From Eledone cirrhosa (taxonomy: Eukaryota), in NCBI GenBank assembly GCA_964016885.1, contig OZ024742.1:217806001-217870000 (forward strand): DNA of 64,000 nucleotides, read 5' to 3'. Position numbers and translations under genes: made by a program. Of the stretch, positions 39,169 to 59,668 are shown piece after piece. The notes under the pieces are model-generated. The model had not been told where the DNA came from and did not search any database. It saw nothing but the letters and a program-made list of their open reading frames with translations. Each line of letters opens with the position of its first letter. Positions within the stretch are counted from its first letter, which is position 1.

Positions 39169-39174
39169 TGTATG

Positions 39175-39205
<31 letters not shown>

Positions 39206-39234
39206 GTGTGTGTGTGTATATATATATATGTATA

Positions 39235-39310
<76 letters not shown>

Positions 39311-39314
<4 letters not shown>

Positions 39315-39945
39315 GAAGTATAACATGGTCAACATTATAAACAAGGAGATTTATTTACAGTCTGACAATTGTTTCTATGATAGAGTAGTCTAAACACTAA
39401 AGATAGTGAGACTCAATTTAAAATACATTGATCCTCCATTATTTCATCGGGGCGGTGGATTGGAAGTATCGGTAGAGAGTCGGACGCCATGCTTTCCAGC
39501 ATAGTCACGTCCCTTTACGATCTGAGTTCAAATCCCGCCGAGGTTGACTTTGCCTTTCATCCTTACGGGGTCGATAAAATAAAGTACCAGTAATGCACTG
39601 GGTAATTGCTGGCCTTGTGCCTAAAATAGAAACAATTATTTCATCGGTCACTGAAAAGAATACAACATATATGCGTAACGGTAAATATATAAATTCAAAT
39701 TACATAGAAACAATTATCATAGAAACAATTGTCAGACTGTAAATAAATCTCCTTGTTTATAATGTTGACCATGTTATTCTTCAGTTTTTTATTACTCTAA
39801 AATATACTTACATAGGAATACAAGTGAAGTCATTTACTCGTCACCCACGTAAACCTCTTGTTGAGTCACATACGCTTAAACTATCCACCATAAGTAGTTT
39901 TCACAAACTCTTATCGGATTACCTTTAACGATATATTGTGACCCT
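39311..39945. mobile_element. PLE-type fold-back insertion (family H) interrupted by a SINE
   Basis: Inverted arms ~39315-39382 and ~39716-39783; GAAACAATTGTC hammerhead half; (TA)n flanks. Confidence 0.65.
39449..39640 (+). mobile_element. Young main-family SINE with 13-bp target-site duplication
   Basis: ATTATTTCATCGG at 39438-39450 and 39635-39647. Confidence 0.92.
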
Positions 39946-39976
39946 ATATATTTATATATATATATATATATATATA

Positions 39977-40086
39977 TTTCGTTTTTGAATTTGTTTAGCA
40001 AGATTCTTTATCTGAAAACGTGTGTTGAAACCGATATTGTTATACTTTGGGAGGGTCATGTTGCCAATATGACCCTCCCAAAGTAT

Positions 40087-40092
<6 letters not shown>
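39977..40092. mobile_element. Family F mini fold-back insertion
   Basis: Same tail as 17151; hairpin ATATTGTTATACTTTGGGAGGGTCAT...ATGACCCTCCCAAAGTATAACAATAT. Confidence 0.85.
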
Positions 40093-40181
<89 letters not shown>

Positions 40182-40184
<3 letters not shown>

Positions 40185-41601
40185 TGTGGACCGTCACTGC
40201 CTGATGAAGATCTTACAGGCTTATGGAATCCCCAAGAAGATAGTGGACCTGATATCACTGCACTACACCAACACCAAAGCCCAAGTCATTACACCTGATG
40301 GGATGACAGAGTTCTTTGAGATACTGGCTGGAGTGCTCCAGGGAGATACATTAACTCCCTACCTTTTTATCATCGTAGTGGACTATTGTATGCGCCTTGC
40401 ACTGGAGAAACACCAGTACTCTGGCTTTACTGTAGCACCGGCTCAGAGCAGGAGAGTTAAGGCGAAAAAGATATCAGATGCTGAATTTGCCGACGACATA
40501 GTTTTGGTAACAAATACAGTGAAGGAGGCAGAGGATTTGATGCAGGAGGTTGAGACTGTGCCGATGGGTGTGGGCTGAGAATGAATGAGACTAAAATAAA
40601 ATATCTGATAGAGAATGTTGAGAAGCCAGAGGGGATCACTAATCTAGGCGGGAAGCCGCTAGAATTGGTTGAGGACGTCCTGTATTTGGGAGCAAAGATT
40701 GGGAATACGGAATATGATGTGGTTGAGAGGAAGAGAAAAGCCTGGGCGGCGTGCCACAGCTTGAGATCGGTGAGGAAGTCGGACCTTCGTAAAGACCTGA
40801 AAATCCGCCTCTTCACTGCTGTAGTGGAGTCTGTGCTGCTGTACGAGTCTAAGACTTGGACACTGACCAAGAATCTCACTCAGATGGTGGATGGGTGCTA
40901 CACGAGAATGCTGAGGATGGCTCTGAACATTAATCAGTATACACTGAGGATGAAAAACTCAGAGCTGTATGGGAGCCTCCCAAAAGTCAGCTCAAAAGTG
41001 ACACAGAGGAGACTGAGGTTAGCTGGACATGCTCACCGACATCCAGAGTTGACATTGCACTCAGTGCTCCTGTGGGAGCCCCTACATGGACACACTTGAA
41101 GAGGAAGACCAAGGTTAACGTATGTTGATGCCCTAAGGACAGATACTGGTCTGTTGGAGACGCAGGACATGGCAGCGATAATGAGGGACAGAGACCGCTG
41201 GAGAGAACTCGTCCATGGATCTCGGGAATTTTACCCGCCCTATATATATATATATATATATGGTGGATGGATGCTACACGAGAATGCTGAGGATGGCTCT
41301 GAACTTTAATCAGTATATACTGAGGATGAAGAACTCAGAGCTGTACGGGAGCCTCCCAAAATTCAGCTCGAGTGTGGCACAGAGAAGACTGAGGTTAGCT
41401 GGACATGCTCACCGACATCTAGAGTTGACACTGCACTCAGTGCTCCTTTGGGAGCCCCTGCATGGACACACTGGAAGAGGAAGATCGAGGTTAACATATG
41501 TTGATGCCCTAAGGACAGACACTGGTCTCTTGGAGACGCAGGACATGGGACAGAGACCGCTGGAGAGAACTCGTCCATGGATCTCGGAATTTTACCCGCC
41601 C
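40182..41601 (+). mobile_element. 5'-truncated RTE-clade LINE (40182-41240) plus a second shorter 3'-end copy (41260-41601)
   Basis: [56 protein letters not shown]; both copies end TTTTACCCGCCC(TA)n. Confidence 0.9.
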
Positions 41602-41608
41602 TATATAT

Positions 41609-41677
<69 letters not shown>

Positions 41678-41739
41678 ATAAAGAAGTTGAAAATGTAATT
41701 GGAGTCTTTATTTACAATGATTTATAACTTTACGGTCCC

Positions 41740-42239
41740 ACAATATTTTCAAAAGTTAAGAGAGAAGTAGAGATGCCGACTTGTAACTCACATCTAACTG
41801 ATGTTGGGAATTTCTTGTTATGCAAAAAATGTGGCATCGAAATATTTGGTAAAGACAGCTAGATACCACTTAGATTTCTGTGCAACGAAAAAGTTACCCA
41901 AATTCGACGTCTTCCCATTATACCGTTAGCCAGATAATGACACATATCAAACACGAATAGATATATCTATATACTACTAAAACTCTGATTGCTTGCTTGC
42001 TTGTCTGTAGTGTAATATAGCCAAAAGGGCGCATAATTGGAAAATACTTTGAAAGGAAGTTCCCCCTGAAATGGGGATATAAATGGAATAAAACAAGGCT
42101 CATGTAAATCGGATCGCGGGTTCCCGAGATATGGGGTTTTTCTGGGTACCTTCATAAACAGAGAGAGAAAGAGATAGTGGTTGTGAGAGAATAGATTGAA
42201 AGAGACACATAGAGAGAGGGAGAGGACACAGAGAAGGAG

Positions 42240-42288
<49 letters not shown>

Positions 42289-42321
42289 GCTGGTGTTATT
42301 GTTGTATATATATATGTGTGT

Positions 42322-42390
<69 letters not shown>

Positions 42391-42962
42391 TGTGTGTGTG
42401 TGTGTGTCTATGACCAGTGTATATAGATCACAGACACCCATATATATCATTTCACATTATATACATGTCTGTGTATATTTTAATTATTTAAAAATATTTT
42501 TAAGTGAACATGATTTCAAAAAAATATCTTGAAGCGAACGTGACCCAACGGGTCACAGGAGGTCTAGTGAAACATATTTATTCAAAAATACAAATCAGGT
42601 CTGAATAGACTCTAACTACCCCCGCCCCCCAATAACACACTCTTCACCCTTGCTAATGGAATTATTAACACCATTATTATTGCTATTGTTGTTGCCATTA
42701 TTATAATATTATCGTACTCGAACATGACAGTCCCGTTTTAGGGAACTGAAGGAACCATAACACTCCCAATTTATGGCACGAAACCACCAAATATTTCGAT
42801 GCATTATCACGTGATCTTACTCAACCTATCAAATTGCTTTTCAAACATATAGCAATCTAAGCCAAATTTTTTTGCATATCAAGAAATTCCCAACATCAGT
42901 TAGATGCGAGTTACAAGTCAGCATAGACACACATCTCTACTCCTCTCTTAACTTTTGAAAAT
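41740..42962. mobile_element. Old element with long imperfect inverted repeats (probable non-autonomous DNA transposon)
   Basis: ~41740-41850 is the reverse complement of segments in ~42785-42962. Confidence 0.55.
41966..42567 (+). mobile_element. Non-autonomous Helitron-like element
   Basis: A|TCTATATACTACTAAAA start; 3' hairpin GTGACCC-aac-GGGTCAC then CTAG|T. Confidence 0.75.
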
Positions 42963-43084
42963 CATGAAACTTGTGAAACCAATTGTCGCACATCTGAAGT
43001 GTATGAACTTTTGTTTATACTATAACTTTGATAGGTTTCGGCCAGTATTGGCCCAGGCCATATTTAACTTAATAGCACCACCTG

Positions 43085-43145
<61 letters not shown>

Positions 43146-43309
43146 TGTGTCTTTACTGGACCTTTTTTCTATTTCTCCATTGTGATCCTATCTCTATTTT
43201 GTACTCCTGAACAAGGGTTTAAGCCCAACACGTCGAACTTTCCTTCCTCTTTCCAATATAAAGCAAGAAATTAATAAGACTTTTTGTACCTCTGTTTGTG
43301 GTCTTATTG

Positions 43310-43362
<53 letters not shown>

Positions 43363-43947
43363 AGCGGAAAAAATGAAACGAAATTTTATTTCTCATTCTT
43401 AGTACGGCTGTTACTTAAATATAAGTATGTATACGTACATATATATATGTATACAGACGTACTAAGAGTGAGAAGTGAAATTTCGTTTCATTCTATTCCA
43501 TTTATCGTTTTCGGTGCGCCCAGCCAACTGAACTCACTCGATATGCAAATTAGGCTGCTCAGCCGTTAATATGCATAAGGAAAGTATATACTTTCAGACG
43601 TTCAACCATCTGGCAGGAAGGTATACGATGCTAACGATAGCTAATAAGCTTGAAACTAGTACATCGTTCCTGTGTCAGTGTTGAACAAAAAGGTGACGTG
43701 GTTGCCTAAACATTGTACGGCGTAATTCGGGCTGTTTGTTTGTTTACAAACAAACAAACCGAGCATTATAATAAATGTTCGGTAAACCGATACGTGCATA
43801 TATATATATGTGTGCATGTATGTATATATATACATACTACTGTACGTCTGTATACATATATGTATGTACGTATACATACATACTTACATTTAAGTAAGTG
43901 CCGTACTAAGAGTGAGAAATGAAATTTCGTTTCATTCTATTCCATTT

Positions 43948-43948
<1 letters not shown>
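43363..43948 (+). mobile_element. Older ~1.1-mer copy of the 468-bp hammerhead repeat with an inverted 5' piece (duplicated at 49494-50075)
   Basis: Homologous to the 62631-63960 units; hammerhead core reads CTAACGA at ~43631. Confidence 0.85.
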
Positions 43949-49249
<5,301 letters not shown>

Positions 49250-49414
49250 TGTGTCTTTACTGGACCTTTTTTTCTATTTCTCCATTGTGATCCTATCTCT
49301 ATTTTGTACTCCTGAACAAGGGTTTAAGCCCAACACTTCGAACTTTCCTTCCTCTTTCCAATATAAAGCAAGAAATTAATAAGACTTTTTGTACCTCTGT
49401 TTGTGGTCTTCTTG

Positions 49415-49493
<79 letters not shown>

Positions 49494-50073
49494 AGCGGAA
49501 AAAATGAAACGAAATTTTATTTCTCATTCTTAGTACGGCTGTTACTTAAATATAAGTATGTATACGTACATATATATATGTATACAGACGTACTAAGAGT
49601 GAGAAGTGAAATTTCGTTTCATTCTATTCCATTTATCGTTTTCGGTGCGCCCAGCCAACTGAACTCACTCGATATGCAAATTAGGCTGCTCAGCCGTTAA
49701 TATGCATAAGGAAAGTATATACTTTCAGACGTTCAACCATCTGGCAGGAAGGTATACGATGCTAACGATAGCTAATAAGCTTGAAACTAGTACATCGTTC
49801 CTGTGTCAGTGTTGAACAAAAAGGTGACGTGGTTGCCTAAACATTGTACGGCGTAATTCTGGCTGTTTGTTTGTTTACAAACAAACAAACCGACCATTAT
49901 AATAAATGTTCGGTAAACCGATACGTGCATATATATATATGTGTGCATGTATGTATATATATACATACTACTGTACGTCTGTATACATATATGTATGTAC
50001 GTATACATACTTACATTTAAGTAAGTGCCGTACTAAGAGTGAGAAATGAAATTTCGTTTCATTATATTCCATT

Positions 50074-50212
<139 letters not shown>

Positions 50213-51039
50213 TACCACGAAATCCCATTACCACGAGATGCGTTGCGTATAGTAACACGGTGCTACACACTAACTTATTCAATGCTAAAGGAAATGAAGT
50301 CAGGGAAACTGAATACTCACTTACAGAATCAGTGGTGTACTGACAATATTTAACAAATTAATTAGAGTTATCAACAACCAATCGACCGTGAAATCAATTA
50401 ATAAAAATATCAAAATTATTGATATATACCCAACAAATTAATACAACTAATATCAAATAAACGATAATCAAAACAATGAATAAAAATATTAAAAAAATCA
50501 AACCAGTGTCAGTTTCACCAAATGCAGAATTGCTTTATCAGATACGTCACAACTCGGAATTTGTCAAGTTGAGCCAGACGGCTGTTATTTCTAGCGTCAT
50601 TATAAGCCTGATGCATAGTCCTAATATATTAAAAGAGATTTGATCATTTAACAGTTCAATAACACAACGTGTTTTGGACAGTATGCTGCCTCAGCAATGG
50701 AACGGTATATATAATTTCATGATCAATCTAGCCTCTTAGCTTTTGAAGAACAACTCCTCTGAAGAGGATCACGGATTCTTCCAATATTGGTTATTCCAAT
50801 AATTTGTTTCTTCCATAAACGAAACCATGGTAGGGAGATCTTTATATAATTGAGACTAACTTAATTTTGTCTGTCTGGTTTATACATAAAGAGATTTTTT
50901 CACGTAAATTTAATATGCAATATTTTGTCTATATATTTTATCCATTCATTGAGATCTTTAAGTATTAGAGACTAATTAAACTTTTAACACAAGAGAAAGA
51001 ATGACGTAATTATTTTACTGACATGACTTTAAAGAGGCT

Positions 51040-51233
51040 GTATCGGTAGAGAGTCGGACACTATGCTTTGCAGCATAGAGTTACGGGCCTTTAGTTCAAA
51101 TCCCACCGAGGTTAACTTTGCTTTTCATCCTACCGGGGTCGATAAAATAAAGTACCAGACACGCACTGGGGTCGATTTAACCGACTTTCCCCTCCCCCAA
51201 AATTGCTGGCCTTGTGCCTATATAAGAAACCAT
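51040..51233 (+). mobile_element. Main-family SINE
   Basis: Matches the longer 1019-type consensus. Confidence 0.85.
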
Positions 51234-51316
51234 TCGAGAAACTCAGTTTATATATATATATATATAACAAAGACGGTGTGGTACCAGGTGGACCATATAC
51301 ACAAATACAGACAAAC

Positions 51317-51369
<53 letters not shown>

Positions 51370-51370
<1 letters not shown>

Positions 51371-52221
51371 GTTATTCCGGGTTGAATCGGAGGTAACCAC
51401 AGTAAGTAAGGTACTCAATACATAGCAGAGTATAACAGTTTTAATATAGATGAGATTCTACAGGACTAGAACTGTTTCATTCATTAGAAATCATCAGGAA
51501 TCTGGGTATCAAAAAATAAATATGGTATTTATAGGTCTCTACAAGTGGTAGGAGAGGGTGGGGAGTTGGATGGGTGCAGGTCATTGGTTGATAGAAAAGG
51601 GAATTCATTAAAAGCTAATTCTACAAAGCTATAGTTAATTTTTATTTTTATTTATATTTATTTATGTTTTTAGAGTAACAAAGGCAGACAGAATTCTATA
51701 AACAGGTTCCGGATGGCATACCATTCCTTGTCAATAAGTTTCTCTTAAGCTAACAGATGTCTATAAAATCAGTGGGGGGTCAGTCAAGCTCGATAGAATT
51801 AAAGAAGAGGGAGATTCTTTAAAAGCTAAAGTCATTAAGGTTCTACTAAGTGACAAAGGTCTAGGGAATTCTGCAGACAGATTCAAAATACTGAGTGCAT
51901 ATCTTACTATTATCTTCGAACTTCTCTTAAACTAATCAACAATATGCCAAAATCAACAGACACATTCACAAAAAAACAAAAAAACAAAAAAACAAAAAAA
52001 CAGAAAAACAAAAAAACACACATAAAAAACAAAAAAACACACATACTCACTCACACACTCACGCGCAACCATAAACACACACACAAACACACATAAAAAC
52101 ACACACACATATATAAAAAATATATAAATATATATAAAAATATATATTCATGTACACACACATACATACACACATACATACATACATACATATATAAAAT
52201 ACATATACACATATACATACG

Positions 52222-52275
<54 letters not shown>

Positions 52276-52300
52276 CATATATACATATATATACAAACAC

Positions 52301-52342
<42 letters not shown>

Positions 52343-52384
52343 ACACACACACACATATATATACATATATATATATATACATAC

Positions 52385-52443
<59 letters not shown>

Positions 52444-52604
52444 GACATACACATACATACACACACACACACATATATACACAAATAAATAGACTCACAC
52501 GCATACATACAAACACGAGTATACATATGTATAAATATCTATACACACACACATACACACACATATATATATACATATACATACACATATATATACATAT
52601 ACAT

Positions 52605-52675
<71 letters not shown>

Positions 52676-52891
52676 TATATATATATATATATATATATCT
52701 ATACACACACATACAAATACATATATATATATATATATCCATACATACACAAACATACACATACATACACAGACCTATACATAAGTATACACATATATAT
52801 ACAGACATATAACGCACATATACACACACATATATACATACACATACATATACACATACATATACATATATATACATATATATATATATAC

Positions 52892-52965
<74 letters not shown>

Positions 52966-53155
52966 TTAATATAGATGAGATTCTACAGGACTAGAACTGT
53001 TTCATTCATTAGAAATCATCAGGAATTCCTGATGATTTCTAATGAATGAAACAGTTCTAGTCCTGTAGAATCTCATCTATATTAAAACTGTTATACTCTG
53101 CTATGTATTGAGTACCTTACTTACTGTGGTTACCTCCGATTCAACCCGGAATAAC

Positions 53156-53200
<45 letters not shown>

Positions 53201-53207
53201 CACATAC

Positions 53208-53246
<39 letters not shown>

Positions 53247-53319
53247 CACACACACGCGCATACACACATAGACACACCCACACACAAAATATATATACAC
53301 ACACACTCTCTCTCTCATG

Positions 53320-53350
<31 letters not shown>

Positions 53351-53398
53351 ACACACACACATACACACACACATACACATATATATACATATATATAC

Positions 53399-53447
<49 letters not shown>

Positions 53448-53512
53448 CATACATATATATACATATATACACACACCTGCCCACACAATCATATACATAT
53501 ATATATACACAT

Positions 53513-53565
<53 letters not shown>

Positions 53566-53580
53566 TATACATATATATAC

Positions 53581-53612
<32 letters not shown>

Positions 53613-54028
53613 GCATACACATACATACATACATACACATGTACCTTAAGAGGTACATGTGTATGTATGTATGTGTATGTATACATACATACATACATAC
53701 ATACACATCTGTTAGCTTAAGAGAAACTTATTGACAAGGAATGGTATGCCATCCGGAACCTGTTTATAGAATTCTGTCTGCCTTTGTTACTCTAAAAACA
53801 TAAATAAATATAAATAAAAATAAAAATTAACTATAGCTTTGTAGAATTAGCTTTTAATGAATTCCCTTTTCTATCAACCAATGACCTGCACCCATCCAAC
53901 TCCCCACCATCTCCTACCACTTGTAGAGACCTATAAATACCATATTTATTTTTTGATACCCAGATTCCTGATGATTTCTAATGAATGAAACAGTTCTAGT
54001 CCTGTAGAATCTCATCTATATTAAAACT
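51370..54028. mobile_element. Fold-back PLE family A insertion (second subfamily); hammerheads at 51453-51503 (-) and 53962-54012 (+)
   Basis: Minus arm with tail from 51370, hairpin junction ~53635-53662, tail-less plus arm ~53705-54028; TTCTAATGAA variant in both arms. Confidence 0.88.
52962..53156. mobile_element. Family A mini insertion: 128-bp perfect palindrome with back-to-back hammerheads plus 67-nt tail
   Basis: Palindrome 52962-53089 centred on GAATTC; CTGATGA core present on both strands. Confidence 0.9.
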
Positions 54029-54037
54029 ATATATATA

Positions 54038-54607
<570 letters not shown>

Positions 54608-54981
54608 ATATATACACAGTTCAAGAGTAACCAATCTTAAAGAGAGAGATGGAGATAGGAGAGGAGATAGGAGAGGAGAGATTTTGGTGAATTAGTTAGA
54701 AGCCAAAGCGTAAAGGCATGTGCTCAATGTGCAATATGCAGTAGAAGCAGCTAGGTGGCTGGGTTCATGCAGAAGTTAGGCGCGCAGATCTGGAAATATT
54801 GTTACCCATATGCAGATCTTGTTACCCATAGGCAGATCTCACACAATGCAGCCTCGACAGATGAATACTGCTTGATTATGGCTGACAACTGATACAAGCA
54901 GGACACCATAGTGAAATACCAATATAAGGAACATTACATTATGTAACATTCTCTCCTTATTTTAATTTATATTCCTTTGAA

Positions 54982-55100
54982 GTTACGATGAGCCGCTCTG
55001 TTTTTAAATATGTTAATTATTTTCAACTGAACCAGATCAATAATGATATATAGTCAGCTGATCCAGAAATATTATATGGAGTAGCGAAACAATTGTAAAC
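54982..55100 (+). ncRNA. Degenerate hammerhead with ~80-nt loop II
   Basis: GTT-ACGATGA-GCCGCTC...GAGTAGC-GAAA-CAATTG-TA-AAC; the core deviates from CTGATGA. Confidence 0.45.
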
Positions 55101-55129
55101 GGACATTATTATTATTATTATTATTATTA

Positions 55130-55370
55130 TTCCTTGAGTCTCAGTCATTGATGTTAGTTAACTGGAAAGTCCGTTGGAATGAATATCAAGCCACTACCTG
55201 CAGCCTCAGATATTCAGGACGTATCGGAGGGTTCTTGCTGTTCCCAGCAAGCATGCCTTTTGAAGCGTTCCAAAAAGCGTGAAGGGGCCGATTTTCTTTA
55301 ACCATCCCTGGAAACTTTTGGAGATAGTCCCCAGTGCGCCTATGACAATCGGGATCACTTTGACTTCATT
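55130..55370 (-). mobile_element. 3' end of a second R4/Dong-like LINE family (shorter copy at ~59395-59558)
   Basis: VKVIPIVIGALG...LQKACLLGTARTLR (RLE C-terminus), flanked by (TAA)n. Confidence 0.85.
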
Positions 55371-55386
55371 ATTATTATTATTATTA

Positions 55387-55578
55387 TGGCGGTGGATTGG
55401 CAGTATCGGTAGAGGGTCGGACGCCATGCTTTCCAGTATAGTTACGTCCCTTTACGATCTGAGTTCAAATCCCGCCGAGGTTGACTTTGCCTTTCATCCT
55501 TACGGGGTCGATAAAATAAAGTACCAGTAATGCACTGGGTAATTGCTGGCCTTGTGCCTAAAGTAGAAACAATTATTA

Positions 55579-55580
<2 letters not shown>
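55387..55580 (+). mobile_element. Main-family SINE in (ATT)n (another at 59176-59370)
   Basis: Near-consensus copies with (ATT)n tails. Confidence 0.92.
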
Positions 55581-55610
<30 letters not shown>

Positions 55611-55611
55611 G

Positions 55612-55657
<46 letters not shown>

Positions 55658-55660
<3 letters not shown>

Positions 55661-58600
55661 AGTTGCATTTATCTTGCTTTATGTTCATACGAGTTATCAC
55701 CAAGTCACAACCAGTGACCTCAAGAGACAACAAGGTCCGCCATGTTCAGAAAGAACATACATATTCACACATGCATCTTTAGTGTTTAGACTTGTGATGT
55801 ACTTATATTGACAGAATCTTCCTTAGTATATGGGTAGTTCCCATTAGTACTATCTTTTGTATTTCTCCTATACGCGGGTTTCCTGGGATTTGCGATAAGT
55901 AATCATTAGACCCCTTAGGTATCATTCCTAGAGTGCCTACAACCACTGGTATTGTTTTAGTTCTCAATTTCCACATTTTTCCAATTTCTATCTCCAGGTC
56001 CTTATACTTGCTCAATTTTTCAAATGTTTTTATAGATACATTCTTGTCTATTGGAACGGACATATCAATTAGCAGACATACCCTCTTTTTAAAGTCCTTC
56101 AATATTATATCAGGTCTATTTGCATCTATTTTTCGGTCTGTTTGGATGCTAAAGTTCCACAAGATTGAGATGTGATCTTTTTCAAGTATGGGAGGTGGTT
56201 GATGCTCCCACCAATTCTTTTGATGGGGCAGGTCAAAATGCTTACACATTATCCAATGTATGTATTGTGGAGCTCTGTCATGCCTGTTTAAGTATTCAGT
56301 TGGAGCTATAGAACTGCACATCGAAATTATATGGTCAATGGTCTCTGGTTGTTTTTTTACATACACGGCATAATGGGCTGCATCCATTTTTTATTATGTT
56401 GGCTTGGTAATTTTTTGTTGGCAGACACTGATCTTGTGCTGATATAATCAGTCCTTCAGTCTCCAATTTCAGTCCAGAGGCTGCCAACCACTGATGGGTT
56501 AAAGTTTTGTCAACATCAGGATTGTTAGCTCGTTCTGGGTATTTTCCATACAGAGGCTTTTCTTGCCATTTCTTAGCCAGTTTCTGTAGCAGTTCTTTCT
56601 TTGCAGTTACTTTTACCTGCTTTGATTTTTCTGTGTTTTCCATTTCAGCAGTAAATGGGACTTCTGAAATGTGTAGTCCATTACTGTATCTTTGTGCATC
56701 TTTTGTAATGGAGTATGATCTTTTGATGCTTTCGTGTTTCAAAACGAGTTTGATCATCCAATCATGTGATTCCCTTAGATATGTAGATAATCCAATTGTT
56801 ACAGTTTTCAACGCAATGTCTAACTGGATTAACCCACGTCCTCCTTCTTTCCTAGGGAGATATATTCTATCTGTATCTACCTTAGGGTGATGCATTCTGT
56901 GCATGGTTAAGAATTTTCGAATTTTTGTATCGAGCCTACGGATCTCTGTGCTTGACCAGTTGATGACATTGTAACTGTAAGTTACTACTGGTATGGCAAG
57001 CGTGTTTATGGCATCGATCCTATTCCTTGCATTCAATTCCGTTCTTAAGATTGCTCTTACTCTGCGGTAACATTCCTTCCTTATCCTTTCCCTCATTGTC
57101 GAGTGCTTGATTCCGTCTCCTTCACAAACACCTAGATATTTGTAAGTTTCCTCTTGATCAAGTTCTCTTATCACATTCCCTCGATCAAGATTAATGTCTG
57201 AACTTTTCAGCAGCTTTCCTCTGGTGAACGTTGCTTTGGCGCATTTATCTAGTCCAAACTCCATTTTAATGTCATCACTGAACTGCTCCACAGTGGATAA
57301 TAGCCCTTGCAATTGTTCATCATTTTTTGAAAATAGTTTCAGGTCATCCATGTAGAACAAGTGATTAATGGTTTTGTCATAGACTTTATATCCATGTTTT
57401 GTTTCATTGAGCATTTTACTTAATGGTATAAGTGCGATGCAGAATAAAAGCGGTGATAAAGAGTCACCCTGAAAAATTCCACAATTAATATTAACTTCTC
57501 CAGCTTCCAGTGAATTTGTTTCACTATTCAAAAGGAGTGTCGTTTTCCATGTCTTCATACTGAATGACAGGTACCTCCTGACAACGGGAGATATTTTGAA
57601 AATCTCTAAACATTTTTCAATCCAACTGTGTGGCAAACTATCGAATGCTTTTTTATAATCTATCCAAGCAATTGATAGATTTTTGTGTCTATTATGACAA
57701 TCTTCCAGTATCATTTTGTTAACCAAAAGCTGATCCTTACAGCCATACGAGCCTCGTTTACACCCTTTCTGCTCAATGGGAAATAGGTCATTTGTTATCA
57801 GGTGGTCATATGTATATTCAGTTAGGACTGATGTTAAAATTTTATTCATTGTGGTCAAGCAAGTTATCGGTCTGTAATTTTGGGGATTGTTTGTCTCATT
57901 CTTCGGAAGCAGGAATGTAATGCCGTTAACTAGCCATGATGGTATCTTTTCTGGTTCCTTAACTATTTCATTGTAAAGTTGGGCTAACAGCTCATGAGAC
58001 TCTGTGAAGGCATTTATCAAAAAATTTTGTATTTTGTCTTTTCCTGGGGATTTCCATTTGCTGGTTTTTCTTAGAGCCAAACGCAACTGTTCAACTGTTA
58101 TATTTTCCTATATTTGTTCCTCAAGGTGAGCTGTATCTTTCATTTGTCTGTCTATCCATGGGGCATGTATATTATGAACTTTTTCTTCGGCCCAGATCTT
58201 TTCCCAGAATTCTTGCACTTCCTCCTTGGGTGGTATTGATTTAGCAGTTATTGTTGACTTACCAATTTTTCTGTAGAAGTTTCTTTGGTTGGTTTTGAAC
58301 ATATTATTGTCCTTATAGAATCTAGATCGTTTTTCAAAGCGCCTTATACGAGCAGCTTTGGCCGACACTTTTTGCTTGATTATTTCTATCAGCATGCCTA
58401 TGTCACTTGTTGGTTTTATACTGTACTTTCTTTTCAATTTTCTAAGTTTAGTTTGTTTAACATGTTCACCTACTTTATAGTTTTTTAAAATTTCTATGTC
58501 AGATCGGAGAAGGTTTATTTGGCGATTGATGTTCTCTTGCCAAGTAGATTTCTTGTGGGAATTCCTTTGTTTTTTCATCTTCACTCCACATAAGTGAGTG

Positions 58601-59150
58601 GTGACTTTAGCCGATGCATAATAGAGATGATTTAAATCAGTAATTTGTTTGTGATGATAATGTTTTTGATAATTATGTTAGTCTTGTGTATTATCTTTTG
58701 GTTCTGTTTGGAGTTCTGGATCTTAGGGAGGGTGTCTCGTTCCCCCATGTCAGATTCTTTCATTTTCATCCATTCGATCATAATTTCATCCTTCAAGTTG
58801 GCAAGTTCATTCTCATTCATTTCTTTATCATTTACGATCTCATTGTTTTATTTGGAGTTTCATCTTGAGCATGCACTCCCTCCACTTTTTCGATCCTTTC
58901 TTTAATTTGTTCTGTTGTCAGTGATTCCGCCCCAACCCTGGGATTCGAAGTTTTACAATTTACCTCGTTTTCACTGACACATGTTTCATTTTCCCTTCGC
59001 TGACTTTGTGCTAATAGCTTGATCTGATCAATTTCTATATCAGTTAGTAACTTTTTTTTTTACAATATTTCTTCGTATATTGGCTAGTTTGTTACTGTCA
59101 ATATAGCCTCTGTTTTCGGGATGTTTCTTTTTCCAGTTGATATATGTCTG
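55658..59150 (-). mobile_element. R4/Dong-clade LINE (RT, CCHC finger, restriction-like endonuclease), disrupted
   Basis: KSPGKD, NYRPITCL, EQKGC, GCKDQLL, WIDYKKAFDS, GIFQGDSLSPLLF, YMDDLKL; CRVC..ETIDHIISMC, RHD, RPDI..LIDMSVP, KLSKY; (TAA)n on both flanks. Confidence 0.93.
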
Positions 59151-59559
59151 TTATTATTATTATTATTATTATTAACGGGTGTGGATTGGCAGTATCGGTA
59201 GAGAGTCGGACGCCATGCTTTCCAGTATAGTTACGTCCTCCCTTTACAGTCTGAGTTCAAATCCCGCCGAGGTTAACTTTGACTTTCATCCTTACGGGGT
59301 CGATAAAATAAAGTACCAGTAATGTACTGGGTAATTGATGGCCTTGTGCCAAAAGTAGAAACAATTATTATTATTATTATTATTGTTATTGTTATTCCTT
59401 GAATCTTAGTCATTGATGTTGGTTAACTGGAAAGTCCGTTGGATTGAATATCAAGCCACTACCTGCAGCTTCAGATATTCAGGACGTATCGGAGAGTTCT
59501 TGCTGTTCCAAGCAAGCATGCCTTTTGAAGCGTTCCAAAAAGCGTGAAGGGGCCGATTA

Positions 59560-59668
<109 letters not shown>

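Noticed and set aside
43205-43237. Hammerhead-like CTGAACA-AGGG..CCC-AACACGTC
   Set aside because: Both conserved core boxes are altered; at best a dead relic.
50600-50830. Cys/His-rich peptide on minus (AAYCPKHVV) resembling a transposase C-terminus
   Set aside because: Too degraded to assign.
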